Assembly: GCA_002269645.1 (NCBI GenBank)
Contig: NIVC01001368.1
Span: forward strand, 124,001-188,000
Origin: Macrostomum lignano
Taxonomy: Eukaryota
DNA: 64,000 nucleotides
Direction: 5' to 3'
Of the stretch, positions 51,445-63,033 are shown one piece after another. Under the pieces are notes generated by a model. It did no database searches, was not told where the DNA came from, and worked only from the letters and a program-made list of their open reading frames with translations. How positions within the stretch are numbered: the first letter of the stretch is position 1; each line of letters starts with the position of its first letter. Both the position numbers and the translations under genes were made by a program.

Positions 51445-52436
51445 ACAGAGCATCAAGGTATCTGCCCGCAGTCCTGCGCTGCATGCGAAGCTGCTCAATC
51501 GGATGCTCTGTTTATTGACTTCTTAGGAAGGCTTTCGACTCGTTCGTGAGGGCCTTGCTCCCAATCGTGCATCGTGCATACCACGTGCCGCTGCTGATTT
51601 CCGCCGTCATGACGCTGTATCATGTGGCACGAACGCTGCTGTGCTAACACCGGACGGCCTGTCAGATCTGTTTGAGACATCCTTTGGGATGCTTCAGGGA
51701 GATAAGCTTGTGCCGTTCCTGTTCGTTCTGGAGCTTGACTGGGTGCTGCGGACTGCTCTCTCCCTTCTAATGACGAGAGCGGGAGCGAGCTACAGCGACG
51801 CGTGGGTCGATGTCAACCGGAGAGACGGCTCAGCGTGTTTGGCTAAGCCAACGATCTCGACCTGCTGTCCTCAGCCACCGAGGGCGCCCAGCGCCAGCTG
51901 GACCGGCTGGTGAGCGTTGCGGCTTGCGTCGGCCTAGTGGTCAACACGCAGAAAACCGTCGTGCTCTGCGTGCCGGAAGATATCAAGGCGGTAATTTTTG
52001 CTGAGGCGCTGACGGGCAGGTGACGAAACTTCCGCACTGTCAGCAGTTCATCTACCTCGGCGGTCCGGTGCCTGACGTTCGCGAGGACCTGCGACGTCGC
52101 CGTGGACTTGCCTGGGCTGCCTTCCGTCCCGTGACGGCTGTCCTGCAGTCCGAGGCCCCGCCTGACCGTCAGAGGGTGGCGTTGTTCCTGGTTGTTCCTG
52201 AGACCCTCCTGTTGTACAACGCCGAGACCTGAACGCTGACGGTTCGCTCGAAAAGCAGGTCGATCGAACGCACTTTGGCTTGCTGCGCGCAGCCTTCAAG
52301 ATCAGCTACGAGCGAGTCATCAATGCGGCACACTATCGCCGCACCGGCCTGTTGACCGCCGCTAACGAACTGTTACGCCGTCGCCGACTCCAGCTGGCAG
52401 GCCAAATCATCCGAGCTGAGTCGTACTGCCCGCATG
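51445..52436 (+). mobile_element. Degenerate RTE-like LINE fragment, copy 2
   Basis: Nucleotide and motif match to copy 1 (gagcatcaaggtatctgcc; LQGDKLVPFLFVLELDWVL; QQFIYLGG; LLYNAET). Confidence 0.85.
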
Positions 52437-52439
52437 TGA

Positions 52440-52514
52440 CGAACTAGAGGGCTCACACTCCACCTTCAGAATTAGAGGCTGGCTCTATCAGCACGGAGGA
52501 CCGAATCGTAAGAG
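52440..52514 (+). mobile_element. Old Loa-like LINE, RT-proximal fragment (left flank of the TIR element)
   Basis: Reads GSISTEDRIVR, matching KSMITKDRIIR of the young LINE; continues in frame at 63668. Confidence 0.7.
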
Positions 52515-52702
52515 ACTACTATGGACTGCAAAATCCGCCCCTTTTTGGAGGTGGGGTGGGTGTCAACCCTCCTCGCCTCTCATTGGCTGGCCTTACTTGA
52601 CTTAGCTGCAGGGGGCGTCCGGCGGATGCAGCGAGGAGGCGGAGGAGACCGCCCATTCCGCTAGCCCCTGGCGACCAACGACTTCCGTTGAAGTGGTGTC
52701 GC

Positions 52703-55700
52703 TCAGGGGGACCCGTCGGTCTCGCCTGCAGCGCGGTCCTCCTCACCGACGGTGGGGAAGAAATCAGCTCGTCCGGTGTCCCTGAGGTACCGGGCGAGCA
52801 GCGGGATGCTCTCGGGCCTGCAAACGTCGGAGAGAACCGGGTTTGGCCCGAGGTGAGTAAGCCTGGCCCTGGTGAAAACCGGGCAGTGGCAGATAAAATG
52901 CTCGGCGTTTTCACTGCCTGAGCGGCAGAAGGGCACCGCTCCTCGGGTACTTGGCCCTGAAGGAAGCGGTGGCGAGAGAAGCAGCCATGCCCGGAGAGGG
53001 CCATGCTAACTGCTCTGAGGTCTCTGCGGTTGAGCCTGAGGAGGGCTCTACGCAGGAGAGGAGAGGGACAGGGGACGGCAGCACGGGATTGCCTACAATT
53101 CCGGGTGTCGTGCCACCTGCGGAGATGCTCGGAGTCAGCCCAGCGCTTAACGCGGGAATTGATCACCGAGGCGGGGATGGGGGCACCCGGGCCCGGCCCC
53201 AATAGCGCGCCGGCGGAGCCAGCCTTGGCCAGCAGGTCAGCGCGCTCGTTGCCGAGGAAGCCGGCGTGGCCCGGGATCCATCTGAGCTCCACCTGGTTGC
53301 CTAGCGCAAGCCCGTTGAGCTGGGTGTTGCAGTCCAGGACGGACCTGGAGCTGGCGGTGCTGCGGCAGAGGGCCCGAAGGGCTGCTTGGCTGTCAGAGTG
53401 AAAAATAAATTTCCGGCCGCTAAGCTGCCTTCGGCGCAGCTCTGCCGCGCAGGAGCTGATGGCAAGCACCTCGCTCTGAAAAACACTGGAGTTGAGCCCA
53501 GTGTGCTGGGAGTAGCTCCACACCACTTCTCCCTTGAAGAAGACGCAAGCTCCGAAGCCTGAAAGACCATGCCTCATAGAGCCGTCAGTGTAACAGTGGA
53601 CTTCAGAGTCGCTCCAGCTGTCACTCGCCTCGTGTCGAGGCTGAATGGTGACCTTATACCTTTGGCTCAGGAGAAGGGTGGCTGGGATCGAGTCCGTGAG
53701 GATGTTGAGCCCGCCACACTCCTCGAGAGCCTTGAGGCAGAGGTCAGAGTGCGGGATAAGCGACCGCTTCTTAAAGGCCCGCACTTTCTTGAAGGCCACC
53801 CCAGCATCCAGAAGACGCCGGGTGCTCTTCGCCGCCTCTCCTTTGATATAAATATCCAGAGGAGGGGCACAGAGGAAGGCATTCATGCCTTCAAAAGGAG
53901 TAGAGGGTGGAGCGCCCATAGTCATGCGGCAGGCTCTGCCCTGGATTTTGTAGAGAGCGTCGAGGTTGCTCTTGACGCTCAGGCCGCTAGCCCACACGAG
54001 GCTGGCGTAACTGATCGAGGGGCGGATGATGGCAGTGTAAATCCACCACAGCTTCCTGGGGGTGAGCCCCCAGGTGGTGCCCACGGCGCGCCTGATCTGA
54101 GCCAGTACAGCCAGGGCTTTTTTGGCTTTAGTTTGAATGTGCGGAGTCCAGTTAAGCCTGTGGTCCAGAGTGAGGCCCAGGCAGCGGACCTGCTTCTCCA
54201 TGGAAATATTCTTTCCATAAAGGGTGAGGGGCTTAATGGTCCAGAGCAGTTTGTTGGTAAACATGACTGCTGTGGTTTTCGACTCTGAGAGTCTAAGGCC
54301 ACATTGGTCTGCCCAACGCTCCGCTCGTCCCAGAAAGCCCTGCAGAAGGTCTCTGATGGTATCAACCGAGGGGCCCGCGCATATCGCGGTCACATCATCG
54401 GCATAGCCCACCTTGAGAATGGGGTCGTGGAGATCACTGCAAAGCAACTCATCCATGACCATGTTCCAGAGAACGGGGGTGAGAACGCCGCCCTGGGGGC
54501 CCCCTTTCAGGACAGGCACCGAAAGAGAGCTGCCGCTCAGGTGGGCCACAACAGTGCGGTTTCGGATCATGAACATGATCCACCGGACAAGGTGAGGGTG
54601 CGTGGCCCTGGATTCCAGGGCTCTGCAAAAGGCCTCGAAGATGACGTTGTCGAAGGCCCCCTCAATGTCCAGGAAAAGCGAGAGGGCAAAGCCGCTGCCA
54701 AGAACGGCCCTCTCCAGGAAGTCAACAATGACATGGAGAGCACTCTCGGTTGACCTGCCCGCGCGGAAGGCGTGCTGGTTCTGCGAGAGTGGGAAGCGCT
54801 TCAGCTCGACCGAAAGTAGGCGCCAAAGCACCAGTCTCTCGAGGAGCTTGAGGCAGAAAGAAGTGAGGTTGATAGGCCTAAAGGCCTTCACCGATTGGTA
54901 GTCGCTCTTTCCAGGCTTGGGGATAAAGACCACCCGGGCCTCTCTCCATGCAACTGGTACATAGCCCAGCTCCATACAAGCTCGAAGGAGACGACAGAGC
55001 AGGTCCAGGAAGCGGTGGTTTTTCACCGCCTCGTGCAAGAACGCTGGGTAGATGCCGTCGGGCCCAGGCGCCTTGAACGGGTTAAAGGACCTTGCCGCTC
55101 TAATAATGCGGTCTTTGGTGATCATAGACTTTGCTAGGCCTTGCCCTCCCACTGTGTGGTCGGGCGGGCCCTGCTGAGTCGGAGATTTAGGGAAAAAACT
55201 GTTGAGCATGAGCTCTAGAGTCTCTTCCGAACTCTCTGTGACCGAGCCGTCAGGTCTCTTCACAACAGAGAGTTTAGAAAAACGGTCATTAGTGAGTGCC
55301 TTAACCACGCGGGCTACGGGGCGAGAGCCCTCAAGCCCTTCGCAGTATTGGCGCCACTTGGCCGTCTTGGCCCTTCTGACTTGGCCCTTAAACTCGTGGA
55401 TCGCACGGGTATAGGCCTCTCTGTCAGATGGGTCTTTGGTTTTGAGCGCTCGCCTTTGGAGGGTCCTGGCTCGGCGCCGAAGGGCCCCGAGCTCTGGGTT
55501 CCACCAGGGAGCAGATTTCTTGCCTTTATAGGCCTTTAGGGGGCAGGCTGCTTCAAAGGCAGTGGTGATCGCCCCGCCCAGGGAGGAGGCGAGATCGTCC
55601 ACCACCTGGCAGTCAGAGAGGTCACTGGGGGGTCAAGATCCCGAAGGCCGCGGCTCAGCTTCGAGCCAAAGGCGGCCCAATCGGTGTTCTGACGTTCCGA

Positions 55701-56404
55701 CTCCAAGTGACCTTAGGCTTTTGCTTGGTCGGCCCAATGCAAAAGCGGATAAAGCGGTGGTCCGAGAGCGAGTCCTCGTCCCACACTCGCCAGCCCGTAA
55801 CTGCGGAAAGCAGTCCGGGTGAGGCGATGGTGGTGTCGATGACTTCGGCCCACCGCCCATTATTGAACGTTGGTGCATTGCCCACGTTACAGAAGTTGAG
55901 GTTAGTGCTGCTGACATAGGCCAGCAGCTCCTCGCCTCTGCTATTGATGTTCTTGCTGCCCCAATGCAGGTGGTGTGCGTTCACATCCCCTGCAATGAGC
56001 AGTTCGAACCGATGGGACGCAGCATAGTCAGTAAGGTTGACTAACGCGTCGCAGACAACTGGGGCATCGCCCGGGAAATAGGCAGAAGCTACCAGCACAG
56101 GTTTATTGGGAATGAGGTTATTGATTTGAACAACACAGATGTCCCCAGTCGAGAGATCAGGTCTCATCCATGCCTCAAAAGCTTTTGCAGCAAAGACCAG
56201 AGATCTTGGGCGAGGCTGAGAGCCCGCCATGCAAAAACAGTGGTAGCCAGATGGCACATTATTTGGCTTACCTTTAGTCATCCAGGGCTCCTGTACGAAG
56301 ACCAGGCCCGGAAGCTGTTGCTCTGCCGTGCGCATCAGGTTGACCGACGCCGCCACGCAGTGCTGGGTGTTGATCTGCAGACACCAGGTAGTCGCTGGCA
56401 TCAT
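52703..56404 (-). pseudogene. LINE ORF2 (APE, RT, RNase H, C-terminal CCHC) with two 1-bp deletions
   Basis: VFVQEP, AGDVNAH, SLSDHRFI; KAPGPDG, FRPINLTS, QHAFRAG, LDIEGAFD, GPQGGVL, YADD; YTDGS, QSEVLAI, SDSQAAL, WIPGHAG..GNERAD; CPFCRSGSENAEHFICHC. Frameshifts at ~55690 and ~52930. Confidence 0.93.
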
Positions 56405-58116
56405 TGCAGATCGGATGTTGCAGCCGCCAGGAGTTCCTCCTCCTCCTCGGCGCTCACCGGCTTCGGGTCGGGGTCGCCGGTGTCCATGGGCTCTTCTTCA
56501 GCAAAAGGCCCCCGATTGGCCGGAAGGCAGTAGGCAGCGTTCGCCGCCCTTTGCCCACCATCCATGGGGTCCTCCGCCTCAGATTGGCCCAATGCCCTGG
56601 AGCAGCCAGCCGCCTGGGCAGGCGGGTCCGTCTCCAGTCGGCCCTGCCCCGAGGGGTTGGGCCCAGCTGGGACGTCCCCACCCTCCCTGGACGAACTGGT
56701 GCGCCTAGGCGTCCCGGCGACCTCTCGCCTCAGCTGGGAGATTTTGGCGGTACGGACTGCCTCAGCTGCACGCTGGTACAGGCCGCGCCGCTTGGTGCTG
56801 CGCGCCGGGCGTCGGTCGCCTCCGCCCTCAGCAGCGCGCTCAGCTTTGCCCGCGCGGCCGTGCTGCCGGGCAGGGCGGTTTGCTTTGGCAGTCTGAGCAG
56901 AGGCTTGCGCCTCGGCCCCGGCCGCCTCCGCATCCCGCCCGCTCTGCTCACTGCCACGGGGAGGGTCGGCCTCGTAGGAGCGGATGCGCAGCTTCCAAAG
57001 GCCGACGTTGATGAAGCTGCCGTGTGGATAACGCCTCATCCAGGCGTCCGACAGCCCCAGGATGGCTGTGAAGCCAGTGCCGTCGGTGCGCTTAAGGGTG
57101 TCATGCACCACTAGGCCCGCGGCGGGAAGCTCCCGGTTGACTGCTAGCAGTCCTTTCCGGAGCTCGTCAGCAGAGGTAACAACGCTCCTGGCCGGGACCC
57201 AGATTCGATGCCTCTTTGTCCGGGGGCGCTCGTCCTCTCTGCAGAAGGCTAGGTTGAGGTCCCAGCTCTGCTCGGGCAGCAGCTCAAGGAGCCGCCGACC
57301 CGAGTCAGCATCACTGGGCCAAATGAGAAGGCACGAGTCCCTCGTCGCATTCGAATGAATGTTCAGAGGCGTGCCCTTCAGAGTTTGCTTCCACAGGAGG
57401 CCATCAACGGCACTTCTCACCTGCTTCAGCTGATCGGGAGACAGGCGCGCGTCCTTTCCCAGGATGACAACCGCCGGTTGCCTCTTTGCCGCATCAGCGT
57501 AGGAGGCCCGGGGGTCAGTGGAGCTTTCTTCAGGTGGGCTGTCCACCCTCCCGGCTGCATCGGCCTCCCTATCCTGGGCAGGGGCTTCCGTGGGCTCGAG
57601 GCCCTCTTCCGCCACCGCCCCAGACTGGGAAGCTTCCGCTGCCGCGGGCCGTTGGCCCCTGGCACCGGTTTGGCTTCCGCCCTCCTTGGCCCGCCTCGCC
57701 TTGTTAAGTCGACGGCGGGCAGCTCCAGAGGTGGTGCTGCGTTTCTTAGCAGCTGGAGTAGCAGGTGTCTTCTCGGAGGCACCGCTCAGAGTTGGCTCCA
57801 CGGGTCTCGCCGAGGCGTCCCCGATGGTAGCAGGTGGTATGGCCGAGGAGTCCACGGCCCCAGCCGAGGCCGGAGGCACTGTGTCATCCACAGCCGGTTT
57901 GTTACTTCGGTTAGAAGCCATTGGCTGGAAGTAAAAAGGTGGGACTTCCTGCAGAACACAGGCAAAGAGCCGCAAGGCCGCAACCCCAAACCAAGCGGCA
58001 GGCCCCCAAAAAGCAAAATACCACCCTGCGGGGGACCCAAAAGCGCAAGGGGAACCGTTAGCGACCAGACTACTCCCTGGCCAAGCGTCCATCAGCACGG
58101 AGTTACACTGGGACAT
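56401..58116 (-). CDS. LINE ORF1 (571 aa from the first ATG; likely start MASNRS at 57922); central domain resembles DUF4780
   Basis: Open frame ending TGA overlapping the ORF2 ATG; basic N-terminal region, central RIWVP..GLLAVN..GFTAILGL region. DUF4780 call is from memory. Confidence 0.85.
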   Translation of the reverse strand: MSQCNSVLMDAWPGSSLVANGSPCAFGSPAGWYFAFWGPAAWFGVAALRLFACVLQEVPPFYFQPMASNRSNKPAVDDTVPPASAGAVDSSAIPPATIGDASARPVEPTLSGASEKTPATPAAKKRSTTSGAARRRLNKARRAKEGGSQTGARGQRPAAAEASQSGAVAEEGLEPTEAPAQDREADAAGRVDSPPEESSTDPRASYADAAKRQPAVVILGKDARLSPDQLKQVRSAVDGLLWKQTLKGTPLNIHSNATRDSCLLIWPSDADSGRRLLELLPEQSWDLNLAFCREDERPRTKRHRIWVPARSVVTSADELRKGLLAVNRELPAAGLVVHDTLKRTDGTGFTAILGLSDAWMRRYPHGSFINVGLWKLRIRSYEADPPRGSEQSGRDAEAAGAEAQASAQTAKANRPARQHGRAGKAERAAEGGGDRRPARSTKRRGLYQRAAEAVRTAKISQLRREVAGTPRRTSSSREGGDVPAGPNPSGQGRLETDPPAQAAGCSRALGQSEAEDPMDGGQRAANAAYCLPANRGPFAEEEPMDTGDPDPKPVSAEEEEELLAAATSDLQ

Positions 58117-58409
58117 TAGAGGGTGCGTTTATGGTCACACCAGGACCCGGCGCCAACGAATCAGCTCGGCAGGGCCCAAGGGGGCCTGCCTTAACACCCA
58201 CGGGACGAGTACCCTTCGAAGTGCGCCTTGCAAGGTGAAAATCAGGAGACAGAGTCTCTTGAGCTATCAGCCCGCCAGGGGAGGCAGGTGTGAGCATCGC
58301 TGGCTGGGATAAAGGCCATACCAGTCTCATACTGCACAGATAGTTCACCACGCCATTACGTGCAGGACCCGGGGTCCTGGGGGCAACAGCCCCGGCCTCA
58401 TTGGCTGGC

Positions 58410-58903
58410 GCGCGCGCGCCGCAGGCGCGTGGCGCCAAGCGCCATCCAGGCGCGCGGCGCCAAGCGCCGACCAGCCACAGGCGCACCCTACCGATATGTA
58501 CCCCGATATGTATGCCCACCCTACCGATATGTAACCCGATATGTACACCCTCCCGATATGTATGCCCACCCTCCAGAGCAGCAGGCGCCCATGCCGCAGG
58601 CGCCCCATGCCGCAGACGCCCATGCCGCAGGCGCCCCGAGTGTACACTCTCCCGAGCCAAAGGTACACTCTCCCAGTACGGGTGTACACTCTCCCAATAC
58701 AGGTGTACACTCTCCCAATACAGGTGTACACTCTCCCAATACAGGTGTACACTGTCCCGATATGTAGTCAACGATACGTACCCCGCAGACCCCCTATACC
58801 TCACACCCTGCCCCCCACCTAGCCTCTTCCCCTCTCTCACCCGCATCTCAACTAGCGAAATCGAACTCAGGTCGCGCCCATACTAGGCCACTACACGGTT
58901 GGG
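58410..58903 (+). repeat. Inner part of the left TIR (GC-rich; ccgatatgta, 21-bp gtacactctcccaatacaggt and gcccatgccgcagg sub-repeats)
   Basis: Reverse complement of 63089-~63585. Confidence 0.95.
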
Positions 58904-60195
58904 TATAGGAAGTTTCAGCCCCGATGCTGACGCAGCCCTGTACAGTGAGCGTGTACGGGCAGAGAGGGGTGGGTGGACAGAGAGCCAGCCACTAGGTTGT
59001 TATACTGTTGAAGCATAGGGAGCGAGAAGTTTTAACCCCGACGCTGACGCAGCCCTGTACAGTGAGCGTGTACGGGCAGAGGGTGGGTGGAAAGAGATGT
59101 GAACAACACAGCCTGCTGCAGGAGCCGGATAGAGAGGCGCATGCTAGGACAGAGAGGCAGTGTGAGTCACACACACCCCACAGAGAGAGTCTTACAGAGG
59201 ATAGAGAGCTCCCTCCCCAGTTGCAGGGGACAGAGAGGCAAGCAGGGTATGCAGGGGCATGCGATCAGTCAAGGGGCCACGCGAGGATAGAGTGGAGGAG
59301 CAGAGATGTGTATGGACAGAGAGCAGGCCACGCGTGCGTAGTGTGAGGGAACAGAAACATATGGAGCAGGAGGGAGATAGGGAGCAAACGCTCTGGGTAA
59401 GGGAGCCACACAGGGGAGCCATGCAGCAGGGAGCAGTGTACAGTGAGACACGGGCAGGGGTGGAGCCGTGCGTGGACAGAGCTGAACGGCACGGTCAGCT
59501 GCAGGAATAGGATGGTAGAGAGGCGCGGAGAGGAGGGGGGGGGCAGAGAGCAGTACGCAGGGGTAGGCAGCCACGCAGGCTGGGGAACAGAGAGGCGCGT
59601 GTCAGCCACTTGCAGCCCGGGACAGAGAAGGGTGAAGGGGGTCTGGGACAGAGTTGCGAGCAAGGCACAGAGAGGTAGGGTCCAGTAGCTATGTATAGAC
59701 AGGGAACACACGCGAGGGCAGGACTGGGGGTAGGCATGCAAGTTGCATGCAAGGCCAGAGAGGTGTGCGCGGAGGGAGACAGAGAGCAGTGTGTAGGGGT
59801 AGGTAACAGCAAACTTTAGTAGAGGCGCGTGCGGGGACGGAGAAACCAGTCTGAGCGTACAGAGACGTTACAGAGAGGTACACAAACAGAGACCAAAGCG
59901 GGCAGAGCACATGTGTAGGGACAGAGACGTGAGGGAGAATCGATCAAAACACGCTATGTATTATCAAAAGTTGGTTTTAGTGCAGCATATTTAATAGTGG
60001 GTAGTATAATAGTATGTACATAGTGGGTATAATAGTAGTAATAATAGTAAGTATATTAGCCCAAAAGGCAGGCTAAAACAGGCTAAACTGTGTGTACGCA
60101 TCCTCATCATCCCACAAGCCCCCTCCCCCGCCGGACTCACTCTTCCAAACCCTCCTGTATTGCTGTATGAAGGAAAATATAGTGTAAAAATACAG

Positions 60196-60459
60196 ATGTT
60201 AACCGCTAGACCGCTGAAATCAGGGCACACTAGAGGGGATTTCGGGGGTCTGCATGCTCTATGTAAGCTGCTTGAGGAGGTTCCAGGGTGTAGGGAGGGT
60301 TTCCATTATGTTTTGAAAAAAGAACTAGGAGCTTTAATGCAACGTTTTATTCAAAAAGTAGGTTATTTTAATGAAATAGCTGATACAATCATTGTCGAGA
60401 GTAGAAATTTTTATAAGAAACCTGGTATTTTAGCAAAAATAAACCTTCAAACCCCATAA
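60196..60459 (+). CDS. Small intronless ORF A of the TIR element (87 aa), unknown
   Basis: ATG-initiated, normal composition (MLTARPLKSG...INLQTP), AATAAA just after the stop; no homology recognised. Confidence 0.4.
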   Translation: MLTARPLKSGHTRGDFGGLHALCKLLEEVPGCREGFHYVLKKELGALMQRFIQKVGYFNEIADTIIVESRNFYKKPGILAKINLQTP

Positions 60460-60799
60460 AATTGAATAAAAAGCAGACATTTTCAAGTAAGCAAACTACA
60501 TAGAATCTACATAGAAAAGTAAGTAAACTAGGCACAAAACCAGCAAATTTTACCTTTTTTATTTTAATGTTACTGATAAAGTAGAGAGTAGAAACTTGTG
60601 AGCTGTACGGAGTTAGAAAGTATTAGGCATTATGTATCGTATGAATTATTAGTTCAGTACCAGCCATTGGTCAAGCGAGCATTTATGAAGTTATTACGAG
60701 CGAAGAAGGGATAGAGAGGTATATACAGGAAGACCATCGTCTCCTTCTAAACCACCGCGATCAGATTGCTAATAGAGATAAGCTTTGTCTGTGTGTAGT

Positions 60800-61141
60800 A
60801 TGAGTAAGCGAAGGCGGGGCAAATACTTTTCCACATGCCAGACAGACAGTATTATGCTAGGATTTCTCTCGAAATCTCGATACGTTAGTTTTTATCACAC
60901 CATCCAGATGCGCCAACTAGTCAGCAGTAGTCATTTATATGTTGTTAAAACTTACAAACCCAGGTCCGGTAAATATTACAAAGAGTATATTACGTACATA
61001 CGCCAACCCCGAATACCAAGCCATACTAGTCTACTTGCAGTGCTCCCGGAGGGAAGGGTTGGTCTGGAGTTACACACCAAGAATGCATTCATACAAAGAG
61101 TACACCAGTCGAGCCCAGTCCAGGCGCCCCGACAAGTATGA
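60800..61141 (+). CDS. Small intronless ORF B of the TIR element (113 aa, basic), unknown
   Basis: MSKRRRGKY start (NLS-like), Tyr/Lys/Arg-rich; no homology recognised. Confidence 0.35.
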   Translation: MSKRRRGKYFSTCQTDSIMLGFLSKSRYVSFYHTIQMRQLVSSSHLYVVKTYKPRSGKYYKEYITYIRQPRIPSHTSLLAVLPEGRVGLELHTKNAFIQRVHQSSPVQAPRQV

Positions 61142-61931
61142 CGCAGGCACACCCTCCCGACATGTACACCGACATGTATGCAGCAGACGCCCCTCCCGAC
61201 ATGTACCCGACATGTACACCCTACCATATGGCGCGCGAGCCACAGGTGCCAAGCGCGGTCCGGGCCCCCCGAAATGTATCCCGCAGGCGCCCCCTCCCGA
61301 TCTGAAGGTACACTCTCTCAATATGTGTGTACACTCCCCGATATGAGTGTACACTCTCCCAATATGAGTGTACACTCTCCCGATATGTATGTGTACACCG
61401 ATATGTAACCAACGATATTAACACAAAATTAGGCTAGTGAAAACTACTTATAGTAGGTGAAATTGCGTATATTTACATAAAAAGTAAGCAAAACGCATAT
61501 TAAACATATCAGTAGGTGTAAATATCGGTGCATAATGCATATTACGATGCATATAGGTGTACAGACATATAGAATTAAGTATATGGGCAGCAAAAAACAC
61601 ACAATATAGATGCATTTTATCGATATATTGACAGAAAAGTGGGTGAAATAGACAAAATCGTAATACAAAGCGGGTACATATCGCTTTATTAGTGGAGTAG
61701 GCGCTTGCAGATGCTAGTATAATGTAAAACATAGGTTGAAATACACATACACAGAGTACATACAAGTATAATGCAGGTGCATATGCACACACTGTAGATT
61801 CAATTATGTAGGTGTATAGGCTAAAATACACACATCGTAGAGGCAGAAGCAAGCATAATGCAGGAAAATTATGATACATATTAGTGCATAAAAGTATCAT
61901 ATTATGACACACTGTAGCACATATTGACATA

Positions 61932-62213
61932 ATGCAGGGGAAAATATTGACAGAAATAATGCACAATTGTAGAGGTAACAACCCGCCAACTAGTAAGGGC
62001 ATCCAACACTTGTTCAGGTTTTTATTATTTCGAGACGAGTGTCACGCCCTCGCAAGAGATCTTATCAGACATTTGTTGAACCCCACTGCAACTCCCCAGA
62101 GCCTCCAAATGCGAGTTTTTAACCCAGGGTCGAGTACAAAGGGCCCGCCCACTCTTAACCCCAAGGGGAGATCCCTAGCGGAGACCAAGTACAGTGCGGA
62201 TGGAGAGGGGTAA
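61932..62213 (+). CDS. Small intronless ORF C of the TIR element (93 aa), unknown
   Basis: MQGKILTEIMHNC...HLFRFLLFRDECHALARDLIRHLLN; no homology recognised. Confidence 0.3.
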   Translation: MQGKILTEIMHNCRGNNPPTSKGIQHLFRFLLFRDECHALARDLIRHLLNPTATPQSLQMRVFNPGSSTKGPPTLNPKGRSLAETKYSADGEG

Positions 62214-62638
62214 CAGAAAGCGCTGCATCAGACCGCGGAGCTGCATTCCTCCCTGAGGTAGGCGCGTCAGCTCCCACTCCTCATTTAACCATCAAGTAAA
62301 CTAAATAAGTCAAGCAGAAAGCCCCTACATTCACCCACAACCAGCACAAGTAAGAGTACTTTCCACTAGAGAGCCATAGTGCAAGATTCGCGAGCCAAGT
62401 TGAAGCACCCCCAATTACACTAAAGACATATGTATTAAAAAGCAGGCCTGCACCTCTACAAAAACACAGTATGTACCAACAAAATTTGCTTTTGGTGCAG
62501 CGTATTTAATAAAAAGCAGGTATCTTAGCACAAAAGTAGGCATCAATGCGGTGCACGGGCTAAACTGTATAAACTGTATTTACAAACGCAGGTCAACAAA
62601 CTACACACAATGTAGCGCATAGACATAATTGTACGCAT

Positions 62639-63000
62639 AAATGTACACAATTTCCTGTATATAGGACCACATGTACGCAAATTTACGCAAATGTACACAC
62701 ACACACACACACACACATGCACGCACACGCGTATTCACAGCAAGAGCTCCCTGCCGATGGCGCCATCGCCTGCGGCGATCGGCGCTGCAGGATGCGCTGC
62801 AGGATACGCGTGTGCGTGCATGTGTGTGTCTGTGTGTGTGTGTATACATTTGCGTAAATAAAATAAATAATAAATAAATAAATAAAATAAATAAAATACA
62901 GTGTAAATAATAAATAATAAATAAAATACAGTGTGTGCATATGCACAAATGTACACAATTTCCTGTATATAGGACCACATGTACGCAAATTTACGCAAAT

Positions 63001-63033
<33 letters not shown>

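Larger units (their letters stand above)
52592..58396 (-). mobile_element. Full-length Loa/Lian-like LINE (ORF1 plus APE-RT-RNase H), 5805 bp, nested in the left TIR
   Basis: 13-bp TSD ctcattggctggc (52579-52591, 58397-58409); 3' tail taagtcaagtaag; two ORFs overlapping at ATGA. Confidence 0.95.

Noticed and set aside
58200-58396. HDV-like ribozyme at the LINE 5' end
   Set aside because: Partial pairings exist (cctgcc/ggcagg), but I could not build P1, P1.1 and the catalytic C by hand. Needs an RNAMotif/Infernal search.
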